A stretch of DNA of 64,000 nt from Clostridiales bacterium Firm_18 (GCA_001604215.1 LVAX01000054.1:11180-75179), one strand, 5' to 3'; positions 19,859 to 30,085 are shown, numbered from the stretch's first letter. A program made the numbers and translations. Notes: a model not told the origin generated them from the letters alone.

Positions 19859-20776
19859 TTATGACATCAGTGATACCATGACCGCCTTTTGTGCGTGCAG
19901 GCGGTTTTCGGCTTCGTCAAAAACAACGGAAAAAGGCGAATCAATAATTTCCTCCGTCATTTCAAACCCCCTGTATGCGGGCAGGCAGTGCAAAAAGACA
20001 GCATCCTCCTTAGCATGTGAAAAAAGCTTTTTGTTTACCTGATACGGCATAAAAACTTTTATTCTTTCTTCCTTTTCCTTTTCCTGGCCCATGCTGACCC
20101 ATGTATCGGTATAAACCGCGTCGGCATCGTTAACAGCCTCTTCGGGATCGTTTGTAACGGTTATTTTGCCGTCGGTAGTCTTTGCCAGCTCCTTGGCATG
20201 TTCTATTATATCCGCCCTGCATTCATAGCCTGCCGGCGAGGCCGCGCAAAATTCCATTCCCGCAAGCGCACATGCCTCCGCAAGTGAATGGGCAACATTG
20301 TTGCCATCGCCTACATATGCAAGCTTTAAGCCCTTCAGCCTGTTTTTATGCTCATAAAGAGTAAATAAATCGGCAAGTGCCTGACAGGGATGGTGGTCAT
20401 CCGTCAGACCGTTTATAACAGGTACTTTGCCGTATTCTGCCAGCTGCTCAACATCGCTTTGCAAAAAAGTCCTTATCATTATGCCGTCAAGATAGCGGGA
20501 TAAAACATTCGCGGTGTCATATATGCTCTCGCCCCGCCCCAGCTGGATATCGGACGAGCTTAAAAACAAAGGCATCCCTCCAAGCTGGTACATGCCAACC
20601 TCAAAGGAAACGCGTGTTCTTGTGGATGATTTGGCAAATATCATCCCAAGGGTTTTCCCCGCAAGAAGCTTATGCGATATACCTTTCTTTGTCTCATTTT
20701 TAAGCTTTTCCGTCAAAGATATAAGAGCGTTGAATTCGTCAACCGATAAATCCGATATTTTCAATAAATGTTTCAA
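19859..20776 (-). CDS. argF: ornithine carbamoyltransferase
   Basis: STRTRVSFE carbamoyl-phosphate motif, HPCQALADL and HCLPA motifs. 305 aa. Confidence 0.93.
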   Translation of the reverse strand: MKHLLKISDLSVDEFNALISLTEKLKNETKKGISHKLLAGKTLGMIFAKSSTRTRVSFEVGMYQLGGMPLFLSSSDIQLGRGESIYDTANVLSRYLDGIMIRTFLQSDVEQLAEYGKVPVINGLTDDHHPCQALADLFTLYEHKNRLKGLKLAYVGDGNNVAHSLAEACALAGMEFCAASPAGYECRADIIEHAKELAKTTDGKITVTNDPEEAVNDADAVYTDTWVSMGQEKEKEERIKVFMPYQVNKKLFSHAKEDAVFLHCLPAYRGFEMTEEIIDSPFSVVFDEAENRLHAQKAVMVSLMS

Positions 20777-21957
20777 GCGATAACCTCCTCTAACACATCA
20801 ATAAAACTATCAATATCTTTTTTTGTTACAATAAGGGGTGGCAGTATTCTTAAAGTGTCCCCAACCGTACCGCAAAGGTAACCCCTTTCAAAAAGCTTTT
20901 TGTTTACCTCATTTGCATTTTCGCATAGCTGTATACCAATCATTAAGCCTCTTCCCCTGATCTGAACAATCTTATCCGAATTCATCTCATTTAATTTTTT
21001 CACAAAATAATTCCCCATCTCATAGCTGTTTTCAACCAACCTCTCTTTTTCAAATATATCAAGCACCGCAAGCGCCGCACAGCATGCAAGGGGATTGCCT
21101 CCGAAGGTGGTGCCGTGTTCACCCGGTTCAAACGCACAGCAGAAATCTTTTGCGCATATCGCACCGATGGGGACTCCGCCGCCTAACGCTTTTGCCAATG
21201 TGAAAATATCCGGCTCAATGCAAAAATGTTCATATGCAAACATGGTGCCGGTCCGTCCCATTCCGGTTTGGACTTCGTCATATATTAAAAGAATCCCGTT
21301 ATCGTCACACAGCTTCCTTGCCGCGGAAAGATATGCATTGGTTAAAGGATGCACTCCGCTTTCGCCTTGAACAACTTCGAGTAAAATTGCACAAGTGTTT
21401 TCACTGACCGCATTTTGAAGCTGCTCTGTATCGTTCGGCTCTACATGTATAAACGAAGGCGTAAGCGGCATATAAGGTTTTTGATACTTTTCCTGTCCCG
21501 TTGCCGCAACCGTTGCAAGAGTGCGCCCGTGGAAGGAATTTTTCAAAGTTATAATTTCATTCTTATGTCCCTGTCCTTTTTTATAAAAATACATTCTTGC
21601 AAGCTTTATTGCTCCTTCATTTGCTTCCGCACCCGAATTCGCAAAAAATACTTTGTCCGCACACGACAGCTCTACAAGCCTTTGGGCAAGCAAAGCCTGG
21701 TTTTCGATGTAATAAAGATTGGAAGTGTGAATAATCTTGTCAATCTGGCTGTGCAGTGCCTGCGTAAAACAGCTGTTGGAATACCCTATTGCATTAACGG
21801 CAATACCGCCCATAAAATCAATATATTTTTTTCCCTCGGTCGAATACAGACATAAGCCCTCGCCCCGATCAAAGCAAACGGCTGTCCTGTCTCCGAAGGT
21901 ATTCATATAATATTTTTTGTCAAGCTCAATAATTTTGTTTAAATTCATAGCCCGCAA
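20773..21957 (-). CDS. argD: acetylornithine aminotransferase (class III PLP aminotransferase)
   Basis: Class III aminotransferase signature (LLIYDEVQTGMGRTGTMFAYEHFCIEPDIFTLAKALGGG). 4-nt overlap with argF. Confidence 0.9.
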   Translation of the reverse strand: MRAMNLNKIIELDKKYYMNTFGDRTAVCFDRGEGLCLYSTEGKKYIDFMGGIAVNAIGYSNSCFTQALHSQIDKIIHTSNLYYIENQALLAQRLVELSCADKVFFANSGAEANEGAIKLARMYFYKKGQGHKNEIITLKNSFHGRTLATVAATGQEKYQKPYMPLTPSFIHVEPNDTEQLQNAVSENTCAILLEVVQGESGVHPLTNAYLSAARKLCDDNGILLIYDEVQTGMGRTGTMFAYEHFCIEPDIFTLAKALGGGVPIGAICAKDFCCAFEPGEHGTTFGGNPLACCAALAVLDIFEKERLVENSYEMGNYFVKKLNEMNSDKIVQIRGRGLMIGIQLCENANEVNKKLFERGYLCGTVGDTLRILPPLIVTKKDIDSFIDVLEEVIA

Positions 21958-22032
21958 TACGCCTTTCAGATGCCCCGAAAGGCTCCTCCTTTCATGCTGA
22001 TTATCGTATCATGTTATTATTATACACTATAT

Positions 22033-22046
22033 TGTATATTTATGCA
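22033..22046. promoter_or_regulatory. ARG-box-like palindrome (candidate ArgR operator) upstream of argD-argF
   Basis: TGTATATTTATGCA fits the TGnAT-w4-ATnCA core of ARG boxes. It lies ~75 nt upstream of the argD start. Confidence 0.45.
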
Positions 22047-22069
22047 ATAGTTTTTTTAAATTTTCATAG

Positions 22070-22097
22070 AAAAAACCCCCCGGCGATAGCCGGAGGG
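22070..22097 (-). terminator. intrinsic terminator of the 889-aa SLH gene
   Basis: The minus strand reads CCCTCCGGC-TATC-GCCGGGGGG followed by TTTTTT. Confidence 0.8.
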
Positions 22098-22129
22098 CAT
22101 AATTTAAATTACAGGAGGTTCGAAAATTA

Positions 22130-24799
22130 TTATTCTTTTATAATTACAACTTCTTCTACAACGCCTTTGTAAATTCTTATAAATACTTTTCGGGCATCAC
22201 CCGGATCGTACTTGGTCAGGTAAGTCGAATCTACCACCGTTACCTGTGAATTTTGCGGCTTGGAGTAGTCATAGCTGTAAACTGTTGCATTCTCAATGTT
22301 GTAGTTTGTTTCAAGAATGTTGCTGGTTTGAATGTTAATCGAGTTTGTGAATTTCTTTGTTATCTTACCTATGACTGTTTCCATCTCTGTTCCTGCAAAC
22401 GCAATGTGCTTTTCAACTTCCGCGTTGTTTTTGTCTCTTGAATCGAACAGAACCTTTACCTTGTCAATCTCACCGCGTGCATTCTTCTTGTATTGAATGA
22501 TGTCGCCGGCGGAAAGCTTCACGTCTCCATCTTTTACAAGGGTTGCGGTATCTTTTGCAAGAAGTTCGATTACCTGGCCGTTTTCATAAGCGTAAAGCTT
22601 ATCAACGGTAATCTTGTCTGCGTTTTGCGCGGTGCTTACTTTGGTTACAACCGCGATGGGCGATTCGGCATTTGTTTCGCCGCTGCTGTTTTTAACGAGT
22701 ATAACCTTTGCAATAAAGTCTTCACCAAGGTCATAGATTTCAACATCATAAGTTGTCTTGTCAACAAACATATCCATTGTGCGTACCGCAAAGTTTTCGG
22801 TATCCGTTTCACCTTCCGGAATATCAAATATTACGGTGTCGGCATTTACGTTAAATGTTCCGAGTTTCTTTGAAGCACTCTTGTATTCAAGGCTATCCGA
22901 CACATAGTCAAGTGAAAACGCACTTACAAGCGGTGTACCTGTCTTGTTCTGAGCTGCTGTATTTACATAGTAAATCTCGCTGTTTGAATTAATCTCATAG
23001 GTGATAAGCTGTGCTATTTCGCCGTTGTTTGCGGCCTGAATAGCATCCAGGGCATCTTCCCCGTTAAGATTTGAAGTGTTGTTAACCTTAACTCTGTTTG
23101 CAGCCTTCACTACCTGAGTTTCACCTTTGTCAGTGAACAGCTTCAGCTCAAGCCTGTTATCGATAATGCCTGTTACTTCGGCATCAACAAGGTAAGCATA
23201 GTTGCTTCCGGCTACTGTTGTTGTGTCAACCGCTGCGATTTTGCCCTCGATATCAATATAGAATGTTCCTTCATCGTCAAGGCGTATCTCCGGCTGAGCG
23301 GAAGAGGTGTAGTTATCTGCTATTTCATAGCTTGTGTCGTTAATCCTTATCTTTTCATCCTCAATTTCAACAACCTTGCCTGTCACACTGTTTCTTGAAA
23401 CCTGGACATTAATAACCGTTGCTTCGGCAGGATTTGCCGGGTTGTCAAGCGCTACCGAAAGGATATCCCATTCCCGAATGTCTGCAAGGGTGATTTCCTC
23501 TCCGTCCTTTATGATCTTGAACTTAACGTTAGTATCGTCCGGATCAAGTGTCAGTGAAAGAGTATTGTATTTATCGGTTACGCGGTAGCTTGCCAATGAC
23601 ACGTCGTCAACAACGATATTCTTGTATTCCGTAATGAATACATGGTTGTATTCATCCGTACGTGCTGTGTCAAGAAGTACAATGTTACCTGATTTAAGGT
23701 TTGCAAGATTATCAAGGTCATACTCCGAAACCGCAACACCGTTGTAGAATACCTTTGCGCCGTCTTTGATTATTGCTTTTTCAGGAGTTCTGTCGGTTTC
23801 TTTGTTTTTCCAGTAAGACAACACCTTGCCGCCGTTTGTTCCATCAGCAATTTTGCTGATATTCGTTGAGGCTACCGTAAGCTCCGTATTGGAGTTTGTG
23901 TTGTTTCTTACAAGCACAAGTATAGGATCTGTGTTGTCGCCTTCATCTTTTACATAGTAAATAACATTTCGTGCGATAAAATCATGGGCATTTGTCTTGC
24001 CTGTTTTGTAAGTTACTGTTTCGCCGCTTGTTGTCAAAATGTTAACTTCGTCTTTGCGAAGTGAGGATTTGCCCGTCATTGTTGTGTAGTAGTTTGCTAT
24101 TACCTGCCCGTACATTTTTTCAACGTCAAGCTTTTCTTTCAAGATGTTCTTGTCAACAACTTCATAGCTTTCATTTGCCCCGTAGGTTGTCTTTTCCATG
24201 ATGTCGATTGTAAGGCTGTTAAACGCCATTATAGCAACGGAACCTCTTGTTATGGGCTGGTTTGTGCCGTTTGATGTTACCCCGTTTTTCAAAAGACCGA
24301 TTTCTCCGGCAACTACCGTATAGCCTGTCGGGAATCCGCCTCTTGAAGCCGCTCTCGGCTCATATCCTAAAATACGAACTATAACGGCTGCTGCTTCTGC
24401 ATAGGTGATTTTATCATCCGGGCGGAAATTACCCATATCGTCACCTATTACATATCCCTGCTGCTGGGCTACGTTAATATAGCCTGTTGCCCAGTGTCCT
24501 TCTACTACGTCAGGAAATACTGTCCCCGATTTCGAAGACTCCGCTACTTCAGAAAGACCTGACAGGTAAACGGCTATTTTTGAAAACTCGGAACGAAGGA
24601 TTCCGTCTTCAAGTCTGAATAAGCCTGTTTCCGCGTCGCCGACCATAATTTCAAGAGCTTTCAAAAGCTCAATCGGCTCTTCGTACTTTGTACCCGTTAA
24701 GTCTTCGGTTGCTTCCTGTGCTCCTGCAAATGATGTCATAAGTCCGAATACCATTGTGCATGCAATAAAGAATGCACTGATACGTCTTAACTTTCTCAT
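22130..24799 (-). CDS. SLH-domain surface (S-layer-type) protein, 889 aa
   Basis: The track ORF extends to 24910. ATG 24799 is preceded by GGAGG and starts a signal peptide (MRKLRRISAFFIACTMVFGLMTSFAGA). N-terminal SLH repeats (FPDVVEGHWATGYINVAQQQGYVIGDDMGNFRPDDKITYAEAAAVIVRILGY). Confidence 0.88.
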   Translation of the reverse strand: MRKLRRISAFFIACTMVFGLMTSFAGAQEATEDLTGTKYEEPIELLKALEIMVGDAETGLFRLEDGILRSEFSKIAVYLSGLSEVAESSKSGTVFPDVVEGHWATGYINVAQQQGYVIGDDMGNFRPDDKITYAEAAAVIVRILGYEPRAASRGGFPTGYTVVAGEIGLLKNGVTSNGTNQPITRGSVAIMAFNSLTIDIMEKTTYGANESYEVVDKNILKEKLDVEKMYGQVIANYYTTMTGKSSLRKDEVNILTTSGETVTYKTGKTNAHDFIARNVIYYVKDEGDNTDPILVLVRNNTNSNTELTVASTNISKIADGTNGGKVLSYWKNKETDRTPEKAIIKDGAKVFYNGVAVSEYDLDNLANLKSGNIVLLDTARTDEYNHVFITEYKNIVVDDVSLASYRVTDKYNTLSLTLDPDDTNVKFKIIKDGEEITLADIREWDILSVALDNPANPAEATVINVQVSRNSVTGKVVEIEDEKIRINDTSYEIADNYTSSAQPEIRLDDEGTFYIDIEGKIAAVDTTTVAGSNYAYLVDAEVTGIIDNRLELKLFTDKGETQVVKAANRVKVNNTSNLNGEDALDAIQAANNGEIAQLITYEINSNSEIYYVNTAAQNKTGTPLVSAFSLDYVSDSLEYKSASKKLGTFNVNADTVIFDIPEGETDTENFAVRTMDMFVDKTTYDVEIYDLGEDFIAKVILVKNSSGETNAESPIAVVTKVSTAQNADKITVDKLYAYENGQVIELLAKDTATLVKDGDVKLSAGDIIQYKKNARGEIDKVKVLFDSRDKNNAEVEKHIAFAGTEMETVIGKITKKFTNSINIQTSNILETNYNIENATVYSYDYSKPQNSQVTVVDSTYLTKYDPGDARKVFIRIYKGVVEEVVIIKE

Positions 24800-25109
24800 C
24801 GTTTGTTTCCTCCTTGATTTTTTTTGGATTATTTTTTGTTTCTTGCCGCCTTGCCTCAACCACTTTTTAATAAGCGGTTTTCCTCCTGCCTGCCGGCTGC
24901 TGGCCGGCACCTCGGGGAGAGGGGTCTTGTATCTTGTCTGTGTAACCCTTCTGCCTCCTTCTCTAAAGCCGTACCGTTGAGCATACTACCTGTTCGCCTG
25001 TTTACATAATGCTATTTACTTCGGTATTATGTCAACCACGCTTTTTATGTTACACCAAAAAGCAAATATATTCAAGCCTAAATTTTTTCCTCTTTTGGAA
25101 TAATAAATG

Positions 25110-25138
25110 TTGAAAAAAGCAATACTATGTGGTAATAT
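25110..25138 (+). promoter_or_regulatory. sigma-A-type promoter for the 606-aa SLH gene
   Basis: TTGAAA (25110-25115), 17-nt spacer, TAATAT (25133-25138) with an upstream TG (extended -10). Confidence 0.55.
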
Positions 25139-25216
25139 ATAAATATGAATATTCTCTTTTGCAGTTGTCAACCAATAGCGCAGACATAACCTACTATATA
25201 CGTGGAGGGATAAATA

Positions 25217-27037
25217 ATGAAATTAAAGCACTTCATACTCTTGATTGCTGCGGTTTTTATGATTTGGTCATTGACGGTCACATCTTTTGCCGGAACTTTT
25301 CCCGATATTACAAGCAGGCATTCCTGGGCGGAAGAATACATTGAAAACATGGTCCAAAGAGGGTTATTAAAAGGATACACGGACGGCACCTTCAAGCCGG
25401 ACAATCCTATCAGCAAGTTGGAGGCCATTATATTAGCTTCAAGGATTTTAGGTGTTACATATGAAGAAAACGAGGAGTTTGCAGACGCAGCACTTGCGGC
25501 ATTCGAAGATGACCTTGACAAATACGATATACAATACAAAAAAGAAGCTGCATATCTTCTTTACCGCGGAGTGCTTAAAATATCCGAATTGCCGGAGTAT
25601 ATAGGCGATAACGTTAAAAACACGGCCATGAATCGTGCCGAGGTTGCGCGCCTTTTAACAAAGGTTATGGGCGGAGAAACGGAAGCCCTCAGCAACCCCA
25701 TTGTTGTTCTTGATTATGCCGATGACAAGGATATCCCGGCGGCTTCCAAGCCTTATGTTTTTTACATATCCAATCAAGGCATAATGAAAGGAATGGAAGA
25801 TAACAAGTTCATGCCTGCGTATAACGTAACCCGCGCAATGATGGCAACAATGATGTACCGGGTAGAACAGGCAATGAATATTACTGTTGCGGATGTTAAT
25901 GTTACATCGGTAAATGACAATATAATAACTGCCGTCATTGACGGTGTGAGCAGCGCAATAGAACTTCCCGAAAACGTACTGATTCGTGTCGACGGCTTTG
26001 CTTCGCCCGTTTCAGGCTTAAAGAGCGGCTACAGCATACAAATACATTATAAAGGCGACGAGATATTCTTCGTTGAAGCCCTTTCGGGCAGAACCCAAAT
26101 CGAAGTGGCCGGCGTTATCAAAGCACTGTCAAATAATAAAGGTGTCCTGTCTATATCTGTAACACCTTCCGGATTGGAAAGCGAAACACCGGAGGTTTAT
26201 ACCCTGGATGAAAACTGCAGAATAATAGTGGACAATGCGGAAACTATATTTTCCTCCCTTAAAAATAATTATTTCGTAAAGATGAGTGTTAAAAACGGCA
26301 AGGTTGTTAAAATCACGGCCGAAACCAAGGAATACACCTCAAGCGGCACAATAAAAATGATTGATGCAAGCGGGTCAAGCCCGGTTATACATATTACAAT
26401 CAAGGACGGTTCAACGCAGCAGTATAACATTGCCGCGGATGCGGAAATTGTCAGGAACAACGCTCCCGACGAGCTGCGAAACCTTGCTGTGGGAGATAAC
26501 GTAACCGTTACCGTTTCCTCCGGCAGAATAAAAAAGATTTCCGCAACAAGTGTTAACAAAGAAATTGAAGGAACAATCGACAAAATAGTCATATCCTCCA
26601 CGGCACCTTCAATCACTATAAAAACAGGCGGTATTTCAAAAGAATATAAAGTTGCCGCCGACACTTCCTTTTATGTGGACGACAAAGAAGCTTCAATTTA
26701 TGATATGCGTCTCGGGGCATCGGCAAAAATTTCGTTAAAGAGTGAGAATATTTATAAAATCACTATTTCCGAAACCGTTATCCCTTCACAGCTTATCGGC
26801 ACCGTAACGTCGGTCAACCCGGTTTATAATGTACTCGGTATTGACGTTGTAGATCCGAGTACGGGAAAAATCACTTCCCAAACGGTGGTTGTAAAACCGT
26901 CAGCCAAAATTGTCGACAATACATCAACAAAGATTACATCCTTTAAAGGAATTACCGCCGGCAGGTCTATCATAGCAATAGGTTCCCTCGACAATTACGG
27001 AACATACGCGGTTTCCACAATCATAATTACGCAGTAA
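25217..27037 (+). CDS. SLH-domain surface protein, 606 aa
   Basis: Signal peptide MKLKHFILLIAAVFMIWSLTVTSFA. SLH repeats (FPDITSRHSWAEEYIENMVQRGLLKGYTDGTFKPDNPISKLEAIILASRILG). Repetitive beta-rich C-terminal part. Confidence 0.88.
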   Translation: MKLKHFILLIAAVFMIWSLTVTSFAGTFPDITSRHSWAEEYIENMVQRGLLKGYTDGTFKPDNPISKLEAIILASRILGVTYEENEEFADAALAAFEDDLDKYDIQYKKEAAYLLYRGVLKISELPEYIGDNVKNTAMNRAEVARLLTKVMGGETEALSNPIVVLDYADDKDIPAASKPYVFYISNQGIMKGMEDNKFMPAYNVTRAMMATMMYRVEQAMNITVADVNVTSVNDNIITAVIDGVSSAIELPENVLIRVDGFASPVSGLKSGYSIQIHYKGDEIFFVEALSGRTQIEVAGVIKALSNNKGVLSISVTPSGLESETPEVYTLDENCRIIVDNAETIFSSLKNNYFVKMSVKNGKVVKITAETKEYTSSGTIKMIDASGSSPVIHITIKDGSTQQYNIAADAEIVRNNAPDELRNLAVGDNVTVTVSSGRIKKISATSVNKEIEGTIDKIVISSTAPSITIKTGGISKEYKVAADTSFYVDDKEASIYDMRLGASAKISLKSENIYKITISETVIPSQLIGTVTSVNPVYNVLGIDVVDPSTGKITSQTVVVKPSAKIVDNTSTKITSFKGITAGRSIIAIGSLDNYGTYAVSTIIITQ

Positions 27038-27056
27038 TATTTAAACCGCTAAATTC

Positions 27057-27090
27057 AAAGGAACGGCTTTTGTGAAGGCCGTTCCTTTTA
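27057..27090 (+). terminator. intrinsic terminator (possibly bidirectional)
   Basis: GGAACGGC (27060-27067) pairs with GCCGTTCC (27078-27085), followed by TTTT. It lies between convergent genes. Confidence 0.75.
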
Positions 27091-27114
27091 AATTGCAGAT
27101 AAACTGCAGAAAAA

Positions 27115-27900
27115 TTATTTATCGCTTAGCTTCCTTAGAAAATTCCGTGTCCTTTCGTTTTGGGGATTATCGATAACATCCTCTACCCTTCCCTGCTCCA
27201 CTATCACTCCGTCATCCATAAATATCACGTTATCGGATACGTTTTTGGCAAACTCGATTTCGTGAGTGACGATTACCATGGTTATCTTTTTTGCCGCAAG
27301 GGAGCGTATTACTTTTAATATTTCCCCCGTAAGCTCAGGGTCAAGCGCACTTGTGGGCTCGTCAAAAAACAATACCTTGGGCTTTAGTGCAAGCGCTCTG
27401 GCTATTGACACTCTCTGCTGCTGGCCGCCGGAGAGCTCGCAAGGGTAATTTGCCAGCTTATCGGACAAACCCACCCTTTCCAATACCGCCCTCGCCTCGG
27501 ATTCTATCGAGGCAAGGATTTCTTTTTTGTTTTCTTTATAATCATTTCGCTCTTTTGCCAAAAGCTTTGGTGCAAGCTCCACATTTTCCAGGACGTTATA
27601 TTGCGGGAAAAGATTAAAGGATTGAAAGACAAGACCAAAATTAAGCTGGTTTTTTCTTTGCTCGGATATTGAAAGCTGATTTTTATTTCTTGCGTCAAAA
27701 ATAACTTCGCCGTTTACTAAAATTTGCCCCTCGTCGGCTCTTTCCAAAAAATTTATACAACGAAGCAGAGTTGTTTTCCCGCTTCCGGACGAACCTATTA
27801 TGGAAAGCACCTCTCCTTCGTTCATGGAAAAGCCCACGCCTTTTAATACTTCCGTTTTCCCATAACTTTTATGCAGGTTGAGCACTTGCAATATACTCAT
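27115..27900 (-). CDS. amino-acid ABC transporter ATP-binding protein
   Basis: Walker A GSSGSGKTT, signature LSGGQQQRVSIARAL, Walker B VLFFDEPTSALD. GlnQ/polar amino acid type. Confidence 0.92.
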   Translation of the reverse strand: MSILQVLNLHKSYGKTEVLKGVGFSMNEGEVLSIIGSSGSGKTTLLRCINFLERADEGQILVNGEVIFDARNKNQLSISEQRKNQLNFGLVFQSFNLFPQYNVLENVELAPKLLAKERNDYKENKKEILASIESEARAVLERVGLSDKLANYPCELSGGQQQRVSIARALALKPKVLFFDEPTSALDPELTGEILKVIRSLAAKKITMVIVTHEIEFAKNVSDNVIFMDDGVIVEQGRVEDVIDNPQNERTRNFLRKLSDK

Positions 27901-27905
27901 AAAGC

Positions 27906-28553
27906 CTAACCCCTGTAATAATTAAATTTCTTTTCTATAAAGCCGAACAATAAAGTTAATACCCCGTTAAATATTAAAAAATAAATACCTGTGGAAAAAA
28001 GCGGCCATATAAGACCTTGCTTTGTAAATCTTTCAGCACACATGATTATTTCGGCAATACCTACTATACGGGCAAGGGAAGTATCTTTAACAAGTGTAAT
28101 AATTTCATTGCTCATGGGCGGTACAATTCTCTTTATTACCTGAAACAGCACAATTTTAAAAAACACCTGGGATTTTGTCAGGCCCAAAACCTGCCCTGCC
28201 TCGTACTGGCCCTTTGAAATGCTTTCTATGCCGCCCCGGTAAATTTCAGAAAAATATGCCGCATAATTAATAATAAAAGCCACAAGGACGGCGGTCAATC
28301 TTGATTTCATCGGAAAATCCAAAAGCAAACCGGGGGCATATAAGACAACAAAAATTTGGAGCATCAGGGGGGTGCCCCTGATGATCCAAACAAATGTCCT
28401 TGTAATAAAGCTTATCGGTATAAACCTCGACATAGAACCAAAAGTAATAATCAGTCCGAGAGGCAGCGCAAAAAGCAAGGTACAAAAGAATATTATGCAA
28501 TTAAAACCAAAGCCGTTAAAGAGTGAGCCAAGTGCCTCGTTAATGCCAGACAT
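27906..28553 (-). CDS. amino-acid ABC transporter permease (His/Glu/Gln/Arg/opine family)
   Basis: 215-aa polytopic protein with a conserved EAA-like segment (ISKGQYEAGQVLGLTKSQVFFKIVLFQVIKRIVPPMSNE). Confidence 0.9.
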   Translation of the reverse strand: MSGINEALGSLFNGFGFNCIIFFCTLLFALPLGLIITFGSMSRFIPISFITRTFVWIIRGTPLMLQIFVVLYAPGLLLDFPMKSRLTAVLVAFIINYAAYFSEIYRGGIESISKGQYEAGQVLGLTKSQVFFKIVLFQVIKRIVPPMSNEIITLVKDTSLARIVGIAEIIMCAERFTKQGLIWPLFSTGIYFLIFNGVLTLLFGFIEKKFNYYRG

Positions 28554-28566
28554 ATGCTACTCCATT

Positions 28567-29376
28567 CTAATTTTGTATAATTAATTCGTTTAACTTATAT
28601 TTTTCAGCTATTTTGCCAATTGTTCCGTCGTTAAAAAGCTGGCTTATTATCTTGTTTACCTCAGGCACAATATCGCTGCCCTTTCTAAATGCAATGCCGT
28701 ATTCCTCTTCGGCGAATTTTTTGTTCCCCACAACAACCAAATTGCTGTAATCTGTTCCCTCGCCGATTGAACCGATTGATGTTACATAATCCACAACAGC
28801 AACATCGGATGTGCCGGAAGCGACATCTAAAAGTGCTTTTGCCTGCGAATCAACGGCAGTATATTTTACTCCCTTAAAAAACTCCTCGGACTGTACAAGC
28901 TCCTCGCCCGCCGAGCCTTGCTCCGCAACAACATTTGCACTGTTTACGCTTTCAGAGTATTTTTTAAGATCGGATGATTTAACAACCATTACTTGCCTGT
29001 TACTCATATACGGGTTGGTAATTTCCATATTCGCTTTTCTGTCTTCGGTTATAGTCATTCCGTTCCATACACAGTCTATATTTTTTGCGTTAAGTTCAAT
29101 TTCCTTTGAATCCCAATTAATTTCCTGGAATTTCGGTGTAACACCCATCTTTTCACAAACCGCTTTTGCGAATTCCGTTTCAAAGCCGATTAATTCGCCG
29201 TCTTTTTCATAATTCATAGGTGCAAAAAGCGTAATACCGATAATCATTTCGCCTTTTCCCTTAATATAAGACAAATCGGAATCGGCTACGGAAGTTTTTT
29301 GTGCCTGCTGCATGCACCCGGCCAGTACCATCGCTAAAACAAGAAAAGTCAATAATCCTGCCAAAACTTTTTTCAT
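28567..29376 (-). CDS. amino-acid ABC transporter substrate-binding lipoprotein
   Basis: The track ORF starts at 29430. ATG 29376 is preceded by AAGGAGAGAG and begins MKKVLAGLLTFLVLAMVLAGC (lipobox). Type 3 SBP fold pattern. Confidence 0.88.
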   Translation of the reverse strand: MKKVLAGLLTFLVLAMVLAGCMQQAQKTSVADSDLSYIKGKGEMIIGITLFAPMNYEKDGELIGFETEFAKAVCEKMGVTPKFQEINWDSKEIELNAKNIDCVWNGMTITEDRKANMEITNPYMSNRQVMVVKSSDLKKYSESVNSANVVAEQGSAGEELVQSEEFFKGVKYTAVDSQAKALLDVASGTSDVAVVDYVTSIGSIGEGTDYSNLVVVGNKKFAEEEYGIAFRKGSDIVPEVNKIISQLFNDGTIGKIAEKYKLNELIIQN

Positions 29377-29518
29377 TTTACTCTCTCCTTTATTTCTTGA
29401 GCAGCCGCAAATACCCGGACATATGTACACTTAAGAATATCTTTGGGCTCTCAAATAATAATATCGATTATAATAATACCATTAAATTCGAATTAAATCA
29501 ATAACATTTTTTAATATG

Positions 29519-29555
29519 AAAGCTCCGGCCGACTAAATTTTCCGGAGCTTTATTA
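29519..29555 (-). terminator. intrinsic terminator after the 112-aa gene
   Basis: AGCTCCGG (29521-29528) pairs with CCGGAGCT (29542-29549), with T-rich sequence on both sides. Confidence 0.7.
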
Positions 29556-29586
29556 TTTGTAGGTATAATAGAGCTGAATTTTTCGG

Positions 29587-29925
29587 TTAGGCGCTCGGCG
29601 AAATTTCAAGCTCGTCATTGGGGCTGCCTCTTGATATATCCTCCAAAACTTCCTCCAGGGAAATCGGCGTTACCGTATAGTCGCTAAGCAGCTTTGCTAT
29701 TTTATAAATCGTTTTTTCACCGCTGCAAACCTCATGGATTGTTTTTGCTTCAGTATATTTAATGCCTTTGCTTCTTTGAGTTTTTACTATTTCTATGCCG
29801 TATGTAGATATATTGATGCCCCCGTTTTTTGTCTGGCTTTCCAGGATGTAATACTCCAAATCAAAAGGCTCGTTGGCACCGTCTGCTTCGCTTAATGATT
29901 TTGTCGAGAATAAAAATTTGTTCAT
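29587..29925 (-). CDS. hypothetical 112-aa cytoplasmic protein
   Basis: ORF track only. It has its own terminator and is a stand-alone gene. I recognise no motif with certainty. Confidence 0.6.
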   Translation of the reverse strand: MNKFLFSTKSLSEADGANEPFDLEYYILESQTKNGGINISTYGIEIVKTQRSKGIKYTEAKTIHEVCSGEKTIYKIAKLLSDYTVTPISLEEVLEDISRGSPNDELEISPSA

Positions 29926-30085
29926 TTTTTAACATCTCCTTCTTTTGTTTTTTGTTATAATTATACAATATATTATGCACAAATTCCATTATATTTCATC
30001 GCATTTTTTGTGAATTTTCGACATATTATGACACAATCGTGATTTGGTTTACCTTAAATTGTCGAAATATGTCACATGAAAAAGC

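Noticed and set aside
24800-24910. N-terminal extensions in the ORF track. They occur at 24910, 29430, 32626, 32498, 33968, 41671, 54720, 61212 and 61620.
   Set aside because: In each case an internal ATG is preceded by a GGAGG-type RBS and begins a signal peptide or the conserved family N-terminus. The upstream codons overlap RBS, leader or operator sequence. Starts were moved accordingly.
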